Below, in pieces: positions 14,277 to 26,703 of a DNA stretch of 64,000 nucleotides. Source of the stretch: Eledone cirrhosa (Eukaryota). A model generated the notes under the pieces. The model made no database searches. It had not been told where the DNA came from and worked only from the letters and a program-made list of their open reading frames with translations. The translations under genes were made by a program, and so were the position numbers. The number at the start of each line of letters is the position of its first letter. Position 1 is the stretch's first letter. The stretch is taken from NCBI GenBank assembly GCA_964016885.1, contig OZ024740.1, positions 46,004,001 to 46,068,000 on the forward strand, read 5' to 3'.

Positions 14277-15459
14277 ATTCTGCTGCCAGCACCCTCTACG
14301 CGGAGGGCTGGGCATGCCGTGGCTAATGATGCGCAGACATGCGTTGAGGCTGCGACATCTCCAGATATTCTGCCTCAATGGTGAACAGGTGTGGTCGCCG
14401 TTTATCAGACGGCCCTTTCCGCAGCTCATTTCTTTGACTGAGCTGCAGTCCTGGGTCAAGAAGAGACCGAGACTGGGTGACTGGCACCTGGAATGTTGCC
14501 AGGCACTCACTGCCCTCTACCAAGCGGGCAATGCGATCAGTGGAACTTCCACTCTCGAGTTCTATAGAGGATTAGTGGTGGGCAAGTGCGATGACGCACT
14601 CGGAGAAGCTTTGGACCTCGACGAAGTCGAACTGACCAGTCTGTACCGTTGACTTTTGAGCCGGGGACGATGGACAATTTCCAGAAATCCCTCGCTTGGC
14701 AGTGCTACCGGGGGGCACTGCCGGTTCGGGATAAACTCTACAGGCACGGAAGTGCTGTCAGACGGACCTGCCCAAGATGCGCACAGAACGACGAAACCGT
14801 TCTGCACGCACTTGTCCAATGTCCGTGCATTACTGACTTGTGGAGTTATGTCGAACAGCTACTGTCGCGTGTGGAACGAATCCAGTTATCGGCCGAGTCC
14901 ATAGTGAAGATCGAGCCGCCACCTTCCTTAGGTCAGGAAGAGCAGGACATTTTCCTCTGTCTGGTGGCAGTTGCGAAAGAGATTATATGGTGGACCAGGT
15001 TGAAAGGACTAAAGACAGACACTTTTCTCTTCGGCCAATCCCTCATCAACTTCTTCAAGTTTCACCTGGAAAGGAGGGTGAGGGTGGAGAGAGAAGTGCT
15101 GCCCCCCAGTACATTTGCTAAAAGGTGGGTGAATGTGGCGAGAATGGCTCGTGTGAATGGGCCTACTCTGACCATGCGCCTATAGGCTAGCTAACTTGAG
15201 GAGAGGGGTGCTCTCCTGGGTGCCCTAGAAGCGCAGGGTGGTTCAGGATTGGTGGGGTACCCGAATCACCCCAGGGTCGTCCACCCCCTATCGGGGAATT
15301 TATTTTGTTATATTTTGCATAGTTTATTTTATATTTTATATTTTCATTGTTAAATTAGTCTTGCCATTGTGCACTTTTACTCGACCTTATTGTAAACCCC
15401 CACTGTCCCTGTCTTTGTATTGTCCCCTACATGTCGGCCCTTGTGGCTAATAAATGAAA

Positions 15460-15461
<2 letters not shown>
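14277..15461 (+). mobile_element. Tx1-like (L1 group) retrotransposon, 5'-truncated: ORF2 C-terminus + 3' UTR (copy C)
   Basis: CCQHPLRGGLGMPWL... and the zinc-binding motif CPRCAQNDETVLHALVQC; internal stop at ~14650; ends gcccttgtggctaataaatgaaatc followed directly by (ATT)n. Confidence 0.85.
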
Positions 15462-15491
<30 letters not shown>

Positions 15492-17264
15492 GGCGACCTA
15501 CGTAGTAAATCGTATTATCGTGAGCTCCGCAAAGGTTTGTTATTTTCAGTTGTTTAAAATTGTCATTTATGGAGATTTTTTATTGTTAACTGTATATAAG
15601 TGCACATACATTGTTATCTGAAAAGGACACCCAAAAAGATTGGGGCCTTGAGCCCAAAATTTAAACTTTTATAATTATCAAACAAAAATTTTTCTTTGAA
15701 AAAAATTATGGACGACTGAGTGTCACTCCTTCCTCACAAACTAACACCTCACACCGACACCACCATCGTAAATATTACTACGTTTGCCAACACTAAAAAT
15801 ATAAGCAGTAGCAATATTTTAAATTTGTCTCATGCAGACATTCATTTCCCGCCATTACCAATGACTGCAGGTGTTGAAGCCGTCACCTCCACCACCACCA
15901 CAGCGACAACAGAAACAAAAGAAATAAATAAATTATCTCGTGACATCGAAATGGATTCACCCAAAATGAACTCTTCCACACCGAACACCACTGACGCCAC
16001 CACAACCACAACTGAAACTAAAATTAACAATAACAAAAATAACGATAACAACAACAGCAACAACAACAACAACGAGAATAAGAAAACCACCCTGTCTTTT
16101 GCCAGAGTAGCAAAAAAGTACGAAGCAATCCAGGTAACTCAGGAGGAATTAGAAGAAGCCAAAAGAATGGTAAAGAAAGATGGGTACAGGGTAAGCCTCC
16201 CCCCCCACCTAATAAAATGGAGCATCGGCGCCTATGCACCGTGTCTTATCGGACGATTAACATAAAATCGCGCCGAGTGGAACGGGCATCCGAGTCCCAA
16301 ATCCAAAAAGCTTTGGGACATGTGTGGGCAAAAGAAACCACATCAGACGTGGGCTGAAATATGGAACCGTGGACGTGTTCTTTGGAACACCACAGGAGGC
16401 CAGAGAACACTCCATGGCCCCATTAAGAAGTGACGACTTCACACTCGTCCCAAGCTATTGTGGCCAGAGACTCGTGAAGATCAGGGTAACCCACGTTCCA
16501 CCGGCCATAGAAATTCCTTGGCTAATGGCTGCCGTCCTCACCGGCATCGAGGCCAACACCAAGATAATCGAAATAGCGAAAGAAAAGCAGGAGAACTGGT
16601 CCGGATCTGGGATGGAGCTCCTAATCCAAGCGGACCAAAAAAGCATTGAGGAGATCCCAGAGGTAATAGACCTCACTGACGGCAGCCATCTCACCGTAAT
16701 CGTCGAGGGCAGAAGGGCTAGGTGTGTCGTTTGTGGTGAAGGAACCCACCTAAGGGATTTCTGCCCTCAGGCTAAAAGGTTGAGGCCACCTCTCTTACCC
16801 ACCCCAGTGACTCAACGATCAACACCACCAGCAGCAGAAATGGCAGCAACAACAGAAGCAATTGTAACAGCACCAACCCCAGCAACAGTAGCAAAACCAA
16901 CACCCCCACCACCCAACGCGCCAGAACTAGCACCAGTGCCTACACCATCCACCACGCCACAACCAAAACCAACGCCTGTGGAGGATTTTCCACTCCCTGA
17001 CCTATCGCAACTGGCAACAGATTGTGACGACAAGGAGTGGGAAACGGTATCAGGAAAAAAAAAGAAAAAGGGTGCGTGCTCTCAGACACGAGGGGACGAA
17101 AGTCGTTCAATGGGCTCGAGTGGCGGAGGCGCGTCGTGGAAACAAAGCCACGATCCGGTCTTTGGTGGACCACGACGGGCGCATGCTACTCGATCCCGGG
17201 CAAATGTGTGTAGCTTTTCAGCGACACTTCGCACAGCTGTTCGGGGGCAGCGGCGGGCTGGATC
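15492..17264 (+). mobile_element. Tx1-like element family A, 5' part (decayed ORF1 with CCHC knuckle; internal deletion into ORF2)
   Basis: Starts ggcgacctacgtagtaaatcg right after (ATT)n. ORF1 has CVVCGEGTHLRDFC. At ~17070 the sequence jumps from ORF1 (SGKKKK) to the ORF2 segment RVRALRHEGTK. Confidence 0.85.
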
Positions 17265-20200
17265 AAGTCTGGCATCTGTACGTAAAGTTCATAGGGCAGA
17301 CCATCCAAACCAGGAGATTTACTCCTTGTGCAGCCAGTCATTGCCTCCCGTACTTCAGCGGCTGTTATCGGCTTTTCGTAACACTCCGCCTCAGTGGCCG
17401 ACAGCCGCAGCAGTCCGTCGAGGTAGACACTAAAGTCCATCCCTCGATCCGGCCCGCCGCTGCCCCCGAACAGCTGTGCGAAGTGTCGCTGAAAAGCTTC
17501 ACACATTTGCCCGGGATCGAGTAGCATGCGCCCGTCGTGGTCCACCAAAGACCGGATCGTGGTTTTGTTGCCAAGACGCGCCTCCGCCACTCGGGCCCAT
17601 TAAACGGCTTTCGTCCCCTCGTGTCTGAGAGCACGCACCCTAGCTCTGACAACGCAGCCTTCGTGCTTTGCATTGAATAATTGGTCAAGGGCCAATTTCG
17701 CCGCAAGTACGTCGGTCGCGATGCCATTGCTAAGCACCTCGTCTAATTTTCTAACTAATTCTCCCTCTGCTCTATTTTTCTCTATTGCTAAAGCCTTACT
17801 AAACCTAATGGACTCTATTCTAATTGCTCTTTTCAGAGCAAACCACCACTTGTTGTTGACGATGGCCCCCGTCAACGCCCGCTTAACTAGTTCGCAAATC
17901 CGGTCTCTGTAGGCCTTGCGCGCTGGTAAGGACGCGTTTAGCTTCCAGTAGCCGGGTCCTCGTCTATGAAGCCTATCTAAGTCAAGCACACAGATCACGA
18001 ATTTGTGGTCCGTGTAGCTGACTATCTTGAATTGTGGACAGCCTATGCTAGACCTATCTATTTCCCTACAAAATACTCTATCTAGATATGATCTGGATGA
18101 CCCTATGCGATTTGTCCCATTCCACATTGGCACATTCGGGAAATCCAATCGGTACCTGTCAGACAGTTCAAAACGTCTGAGCAGGTTGGTGAGACTCTTG
18201 CACCCTCCTCCCCTATCCACTAATCCCACACAGTCCTAGGGTGCATCTAAGATCCCGTTACACTAACACTAAAGAGCGGGACGTTCCAAGAAAGGTCTCC
18301 AGACGCCGGAAGAAATCAGGCCGCCCTGCTCCTGTCGGGGCATAGACGGCCACTAGCTCGAAAGCTTGCCGGTCTCCGCTGGTCACGTCTAGCACCACCA
18401 ACTTACCTTCTGGGTCCAGGAAGATGGCCCGTATGGCGAGATCCAAACCTCTCCGAAAAAGCACAGCAACTCCCCCTCCCCCCGATCCCGGACGGCTGGG
18501 AGATGCGTACACATCGTAGCCGCCGAAGATCAGTGCGAAGGCCCGTGCTTCGGAGATTCTGGCCTCGCTGATGGCCACTACATCTATGTTTAGTGACCTG
18601 AGGTCGTTGAGCAGGTGGCCCTGCTTCCATGACGACCCGAAGCCACGCGCATTTATGCTGCCTATTCTGAGTGAGGTCATGTTGAAATGGAGTGGAAAAG
18701 ATGGGAAAGACCACTTACCTTACTTCTCGTAGAGGAAGGATGGTTTCTCCATCCTTTGCACTGCTTGTGGCCTCCTCCGGAAGGATGTCCTTATAAATCC
18801 TCCTGGCGAGTGTTTGTCGGAAGTCTCCGATGTCTTTGGGGAATTTTTGTTTTAGTGTCGTGTACGTTTTCTGTGTGATGCGAGTGATTTGTATGTGTGG
18901 AGGTGGTGTGAACTTTTGGGTTGTTGTGTAGTCTTTTTCTGTGATGCTGGTGTTGTGTTGGATGTAGTGTAATAATTGGTTGTTGTTCAAATTTAATGCT
19001 GTGTAGTGTGTATCGTTTTGGTTGTTTTGTTTTGTTTGCGTTTGTTGTGGGTTTGTTTCTGTTTCGCTTTTTGGTGACTTTTGTGGTGTTGGTGATGGTG
19101 GTGTTGGGGTTAATGATGGTGATGGTGTTGGTGTTTGTGGTGATGGGGTTGGGGATGCTGGTGTGGATGGTGGCATATCTGTCCTAACTTTTTTGTTTGA
19201 TAGTTTATTTGTTTCCCTCTGTATTTTGTTTTTGGAGGGGGAGAGAAGAGAATTTTTTCTTTTTTCGTTTCTTTTTTTCTTTTTTCCTGATACCGTTTCC
19301 CACTCCTCGTCGTCACAATCTGTCCCCAGTTGTGATAAGCCTGGGAGTGGAAAATCCTCCACAGGCGTTGGTTTTGGTTGTGGCGTGGTGGATGGTGTAG
19401 GCGCTGGTGCTAGTTCTGGCGCGTTGGGTGGTGGTGGTGTTGGTTTTGCTACTGTTGCTGGGGTTGTTGCTGTTACAGTTGCTTCTGTTGTTGCTGCTAC
19501 AGTTGTTGCTGCCATTTCTGCTGCTGGTGGTGTTGATGGTTGAGTCACTGGGTAAGAGAGGTGGCCTCAACCTTTTAGCCTGAGGGCAGAAAGCCCTTAG
19601 GTGGGTTCCTTCACCACAAACGACACATCTAGCCCTTCTGCCCTCGACGATTACGGTGAGGTGGCTGCCGTCAGTGAGGTCTATTACCTCTGGGATCTCC
19701 TCAATGCTTTTTTGGTCCGCTTGGATTAGGAGCTCCATCTCTGATCCGGACCAGTTCTCCTGCTTTTCTTTCGCTATTTCGATTATCTTGGTGTTGGCTT
19801 CGATGCCGACGAGGACGGCAGCTATTAGCCAGGGAATTTCGATGGCCGGTGGAACGTGGGTTACCCTGATCTTTATGAGTCTCTGGCCACAATAGCTTGG
19901 GACGAGTGTGAAGTCGTCACTTCTTAATGGGGCCATGGAGTGTTCTCTAGCCTCCTGTGGTGTTTCAAAGAACACGTCCACGGTTCCATATTTCAGCCCA
20001 CGTCTGATGTGGGTTTTTTTTGCCCACACATGTCCCAAAGCTTTTTGGATTTGGGACTCGGATGCCCGTTCCACTCGGCGCGATTTTATATTAATTGTTC
20101 GATAAGACACGGTGCATAGGCGCCGATGCTCCATGTTATTAGGTGTGTGTGTGTGGGGGGGGGGGGCTGACCCTGTACCCATCTTTCTTTACCATTTTTT

Positions 20201-20880
20201 TGGCTTCTTCTAATTCCTCCTGAGTTACCTGAAATTCTTCTCATTGTTTTGCTACTTTGGCAAAACTCAGGGTGGTTTTCTTAATGTCATTGTTGCTGTT
20301 GTTGTTATCGTTATTTTTGTTATTGTTAATTTTAGTTTCAGTTGTGGTGGTGGTGGCGTCAGTAGTGTTCGGTGTGGAAGCGTTCATTTTGGTTGAATTC
20401 ATTTCGATATCACGAGTTAATTAATTTTTTTCTTTTGTTTCTGTTGTCGCGGTGGTGGTGGAGGTGGTGGTTGTCGCGGTGGTGGTGGCGGTGGCTTTAA
20501 CACCTGCAGTCATTGGTAATGGCGGGAAATGAATGTCTGCCTGAGACAAATTTAAAATATTGCTACTGCTTATATTTTTAGTGTTGGCAAACGCAGTAAT
20601 ATTTACAATGGTGGTGTCGGTGTGAGGTGTTAGTTTGTGAGGAAGGAGTGAATCTGAGTTATCCATGATTTTTCAAAGAAAAATTTTTGTTTGATAATTA
20701 TAAAAGTTTAAATTTTCTACTCAAGGCCCCAATCTTTTTGGGTGTCCTTTTCAGATAACAATGTATGTGCACTTATATACAGTTAAAAATAAAAATTTTC
20801 CATGAATGGCAATTTTAAACAACTGAAAATAACAAACCTTTGCGGAGCTCACGATGATACGATTTACTACGTAGGTCGCC
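17264..20880 (-). mobile_element. Tx1-like element family A, second copy (5' UTR, ORF1, APE endonuclease, start of RT), 3'-truncated
   Basis: Same 5' terminus as 15492 in inverted orientation. APE motifs IGSINARG, ISE, AVYAP, SYLDRVF and TDH, followed by PGYWKLN and KSPGLDGLPYE. Frameshifts and stops present. Confidence 0.9.
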
Positions 20881-20904
20881 AATAATAATAATAATAATAA
20901 TAAT

Positions 20905-23900
20905 GATTTCTTTATTGGCCACAAGGGCTGACATCAAGAAAAACATTACAGACGGCACAGAACGGTACAGGTCGGTACGATGTGGGTTTTGTGCGTGTAA
21001 ATATTTTTATTATTTATATAAGAAAAAAAAAAAGGACATAGAAACATATATATATATATAAACAATAAAAATGAAACTTGAAACAATGAAAAATTCCCCA
21101 ATAGGGGGTAAACCTCCGAGGGTTACTCGTGGCGAAAACCACACAAAAGACCACGGCCACCCTGACCACCAGGGCAAGCGCCCTCTCTCAATTTTTCCAT
21201 CTCTCAAACTACAGACGTATATTCAGAGTGGTCCGGTTCACTCGGACCATTCTCGCTACATTCACCCACCTTTCAACAAACTTGCTAGAAGGCAGCACTT
21301 GCCTCTCCACCCTGATTTTCCTCTTCAAGTGAAACTTGAAAAATATAATTAGGGATTCGCTGAAGAGGAAAGTGTCTGTCTTTAACCCTTTTAACCTTGT
21401 CCACCACACAATTTCTTTCGCCATGGCCACCAGGCAGATGAAAACCGCCTGCCCTTCCTCCTCGAAGGAAGACGGCGAGACCATCTGCACAATGGACTCA
21501 GTCGACAACCGGATCAGTCCCACACGCGACAGCAACTGTTCGACATAGCTCCACAGGTCAGCAATGCTCGGGCACTGAACGAGTGCGTGCACGACGGTTT
21601 CGTCGCTCTGCGCGCATCTCGGACAGGCTCGGCTGACGGCACTTCCGTGCTTGTAGAACTTATCTCGAACCGGCAGCGCTCCCCGGTAGCACTGCCAGGC
21701 CAGGAATTTTTGGAAGTTATCCATAGGCCCCGGGCTGAAAGTTCTCCGGAAGAGAGCAAACAGCTGATCTTCTTCGATGCCCAGGATCTCTCCGAGAATG
21801 TCGTCGCTCTTCCTCTCCACTAGTCCTATATAGAACGCCGAGGTGGATGTTCCACCGATACTGGTGCCCAGCTGGCAGAGAGCAGTGAGCGCCTGGAGAC
21901 ATTCCAGTTTCCAAGCGCTATCTCTCGGTCTTTTTCTGACCTAGGACTGCAGCTCCGTCAAGGAGACGAGCTGTGGGAAAACGTGCCTGGCGAACGACGA
22001 CCACACCTGTTCACCATCAAGGAAGCACCAGAGATGTCGCAGCCTCAGCGCATGTTTGCGCATCATCAGCCATGGCATGCCCAGTCCTCCACGCAACGGG
22101 TGTTGACAGCAGATGGATCGTCTGACCATGGGAGCGCGTCCCTTCCACAAAAAGCGGAAGAGGAGGCGCTCCATTTTGGTGAGAGTTGGGCTGGAGCAAG
22201 GGACGACGGTGAGGCGGTAGCAGATGACGGATGCGATGTACGCATTCGCCACCTCCGCCCGGCCTTTCAGGGACAGCTTCCTCTCGGCCCATTTCTGGAT
22301 GAGGGAGGCCACGCTGCTCGTCACCTCGTTCCAGTTTTTCTCCATCTGGAGGTCCGGTCCGAACCAGACCCCGAGAAATTTAACCGGTCCGTCCGTCCAA
22401 CGCCCCACGACGCTGTCGGACGGCATGGACTTGCCTCTCCAGGTGCCGAGCTGCAAGCCCACCGACTTTTCCTGCTTTATCTTTGCTCCTATCACCGCTT
22501 CGTATTCCTTGAGAGCGGTGCCGAGCATCTGACGTGTCTGGTGCTCGACACCACCACGGTGACGTCGTCAGCGTAAGCCGACTCGGATTTCCCGCATCCT
22601 AGTTCGCGTGGGACGCCCCTCATCGCCCCCAGTTTGTGCAGTAACGACTCGAGAGCCAATACGTACAAGAGGGTCGAGCGGGGATAACCCTGGCGGAATG
22701 AGCGCATGATGCTAACGGCTGCGACAGGTGACCGTTCACCCTCACAACTGAGCAGATGTCGCTGTACATTGCTGCGATCCAACCCCTGAAAACGGGCCCG
22801 AAACCGGCTGCCTCGAGGACCGCCGCCAGGTACCGATGGGCGACCCTATCGAATGCTTTGGATTGATCCAAGTTGATCAGGTCCCCACCCGTGCCAGGTT
22901 CCTTAACCACCCTCTCTATGATGTATCGCATGAGATGGAGATTGTCGTGTATGGATCTATTCGGAATGGCGCATGTCTGCGCCTCTCCCACGAGACCCTT
23001 GACGACAAGCGCCAACCTCGTTGCTAACAGCTTGGCCAAAATCTTGGACTCTGCGTTTAGCAGGGTTATGGGCCTGAAATTATCGATAACATCCCCCTTG
23101 TTCGGGTATTTTCTCAGCAGCACCACTGCTCCCCGTCTCACAAAACTGGGAATGCTCCCGTTCTGCTGCCAGTTGCAGTAGACGTCTGCCAAGAGGTTAC
23201 CGAACAAGTCTGGCATAAATGCATAAAGCTCGTAGGGCAGACCATCCAAACCTGGCGATTTACCCCTTGTGCAGTTAGCTTCCCGTATTTCACCGGCTGT
23301 TATTGGATTTTCGCAAACTGTGCTGCGGTCGTCGAGAGCCGAGGCAGTCCGTCGAGGTATGCACTGATGTCCATGCCCCGATCCGGGCCGCCGCCGCTCC
23401 CGAACAGTTCAGCAAAGTGCTGCTGAAAAGCTTCACACATCCGCTCGGGTTCGAGCATCACGCACCCGTTTTGGTCAAAGACCGAATTGTGGCTTTGTTG
23501 CCACATCGCGCCTCTGCCACCCGGGCCCATTGGACGGCTTTTGTCCCCTCGTGTTTCAGAGCACGCGCTCTAACTCTGACAACGCAGCCTTCGTGTTTTG
23601 CGTTGAAGGATTTGTCGAGTGCCAATCTCGCCGCAAGCACGTCGGTTACGATGCCTGTCCTAAACGCCTCTTCTAGCTTTCTGACTAGCTCTCCCTCTAC
23701 TCTATTTTCTTCTATCACTACTCCTTTTCTAAACCTAATCGACTCTATCTTAATTGCCCTTTTCAGAGCGAACCACCACCTGTTGTTGACGACCGCTCCC
23801 GTCAACGCCCGCTTAACTAATACGCTAATCCGGTCTCTGTAGGCTTTGTGCGCTGGGAAAGACGCGTTCAGCTTCCATTAGCCAGGCCCTTGTCTATGAA

Positions 23901-26680
23901 GTCTGTCTATGTCGATCTCACAGATCACAAATTTGTGGTCTGTGTAGTCGACTATTTTAAATTGTGGACAACTTATACTAGCCTTATCTAGTTCTCTGCA
24001 GAATACCCTATCTAGATACGATCTGGATGACCCGATGCGGTTTGTCCATGTCCACATTGGCACATTCGGGTGAGTCCAGCACCACCGACTTACCTTCTGG
24101 GTCTAGGAAGATGGCCCGTATGGCGAGATCCAAACCTCTCCGAAAAAGCACAGCAACTCCTCCCCCGATCCCGGACGGCTGGGAGATGCGTACACATCGT
24201 AGCCGCCAAAGATCGGTGCGAAGGCTTGTGCTTCGGAGATTCTGGTTTCACTGATGGCCACCACATCTATGTTTAGTGACCTGAGGTCGTTGAGCAGGTG
24301 ACCCTGCTTCCAAGATGACCCCAGGCCACGCGTATTTATACTGCCTATTCTGAGTACGGCCATGTTGGATGAGAAACGGGGCAAGTGAGAAAGGGTCACT
24401 TACCTTGATCGTGTGGTGAAGGGACAGTAGAACCGTCCCTTTCGCTGGTCATGGGTGTTTCCAAGAGGATGTCAGTGTATATCCTCTTTGTAACCGACCC
24501 TCTGAAGTCTCCAACTGCGTTGGGGAATTTTTGTTTTAAGGGTTTGTACTGTTCTATTGAGATTTCGATGATGCTTATGTTTGTCGGGAAAGTTCTTGGT
24601 GTTGGTGGGGTGTAGTAGTTTTTTTCTGTGATGTCTGTGTGCTGCTTTATATATTGTATGAGTTCTTTTTTTGCCATGTTTATGGATGTGTACGTTTTGG
24701 GGGGAAGGGTGATTTTGTTGCTGTTTTCTTCTTGTTGCTGTTTGGTGTGTGTGTCTTGTGTTTGCGTTGTTGGTGTTTTGGGTGATGCTGGTGGTGGTGT
24801 GGTTGTTGTTGTCAGTGGTGCTTGTGGTGGTGATGGTGGTGGTGTTGCTGCAAGTTTCCTTGCTGCCTTTACCCCTCTTTGTATGCCTTCGCTTTTGGAG
24901 GGTGAATTTAAGGGTTTTTTCTTTTTTCTTTTTTGTGGCAGACCGTTTGCCACTTCACTCCCGCCTCAAACACCATGTCGGATTCCGTGGCGTCTGGGAG
25001 GGGTATGTGCTCCACGGCTGTTGGTGGTGGTAGTGGAGCCCTCTTCGGCAATTTTGTTGCTGGTGTAGCTACTTCAAATGTAGCTATTGGTGTTGCCGCC
25101 ACTGATGCTGCTGCTTTAGTTGTTCGTGGCCTTGTTACGGGTGCCACGGACGTTGCCCTCCTACTCCCCGTTGAAGGGGCTTCTGCATTTGTTGCCTGCC
25201 CTGCTCTTGGTAGCAGCGGACCAAGTATTGGAAGGAGAGGGGTCTTCTTCTTCACTGTCTTCTGCGGGCAAAGGCCCTGAGGTGACCCTTCGACCCACAG
25301 AGATAACATTTTGGCCGTCTTCCTTCTACGCTTATAGAGAGTTGGAGTCCTTCCTCGATGTCTATGATATCGGGGATAGCGTCGATACATTCCTGGTCAG
25401 TTTGTATAAGCATTTGCATGCCTATACCTGACCAGTTCTCTCTCCCTATTTTCTCTACTTGCAGCATGGTCGTCCTGTCCTCGATTCCAGCAAAGACAGA
25501 CGCAGCCAGCCAAGGTATGGGCACGTCGGGTGGGACCTGGGTCACTTTGACCCTCACAATTTTCTGCCCGCGGTAGGAGGGCACCAAGACTATCTCCTTA
25601 CTCTTTAGGGTTTCCAAAGAGTGAGACTTCGCTTCTTGTGGGGTGGCGAAAAGTGCGTCTACTGTGGCGTACTTTCTGCCTCGGGTGATGTGGGTTTTGC
25701 GTGCCCAGACGCACCCCAAGGCCTTTTGGATTTGAGCCTCCGTGGCTCTCTCCACCCGATGTGAGATTTTGCTTACGGTGCGGTAAGTCACCGTCCGTAG
25801 CTGCTGGTCCTTGAAAAAATCGGGTGGAGGTTTCAGGGAGACTCTATTGGCGCTTCTTGTCACCATGGCCCTTGCGACTGCCATCTCCTCCTCTGTGACT
25901 AACACTGTCTCGATATTTCGGGCGACACCTGCAAAAGAAGTGGTCCCTTTTTCAGCAGCACCACTATTGCTGCCGCTACTGGTCTTACTGGTGGTGCTGA
26001 GATCGCTGTTACAGGTATCGATGTCATTGTTGATGTTTTCGTTGGTAGTATTGTTGGTGTTGTTACTGTTATTGTGGCTGTTGTTATTATTGTTGTTTTT
26101 GTTGATACTGTTCCTACTATTATTATTGTTGTGGCTGTTGTTATTGTCATTGTTATTGTCGTTCTCGACCTTACCGTTGTTATTTTTGTTATTGTCTTTC
26201 TCAACTTTACCGCTGTTATTTTCGTTGTTGCTATTGTTATTGATGGTGTTGTTGTTGGTGTTGTTGTTGGTGTTGTTGTTGGTGTTATTGTTGGTGTTGT
26301 TTGTGTTAGAAATATTTGTTAATTTTAAATCTGTAACAATCCTCTTTTCCTTCGTAATATTTTCTTTTATATTTACCTCCGCTGGAACGCTGTCTTGTTG
26401 ACATGCTGATAAAGTCTCTCTCTCTCTCTCTCTCTGTTGTCTGACAGAGCTCTCTCTCTTTCTTGTGTTATCCATGTTGAAATTTTTAAAAAAAATATAT
26501 TTTTACACAAATACGACACCCCATAAAGGGGTGCCGTATTATTTACGAGTGAACCCCTGTATTAGGTGGGTCACTTCTAAACTTTTATCAAATTTAAAAC
26601 TTGAATAAAAGGTTTAGAACGGTTGAAAACGAGGTAAAACGTTGAAAAAAAGTGGAGGCGATAAGAAGCGTGGCTTCACC
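20905..26680 (-). mobile_element. Tx1-like element family B, near full-length, decayed
   Basis: 5' end ggtgaagccacgc after (ATT)n. ORF1 26475-24396 is frameshifted, with an Asn-rich tract and CYLCGSKGHLR. ORF2 starts at 24363 with APE (~245-bp deletion at ~24070), RT (NFRPITLLN, LDQSKAFDRV, RQG, YADD) and CPRC...H...C. 3' end gcccttgtggccaataaagaaatc + (ATT)n. Confidence 0.9.
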
Positions 26681-26703
26681 AACAACAATAATAATAATAA
26701 TAA

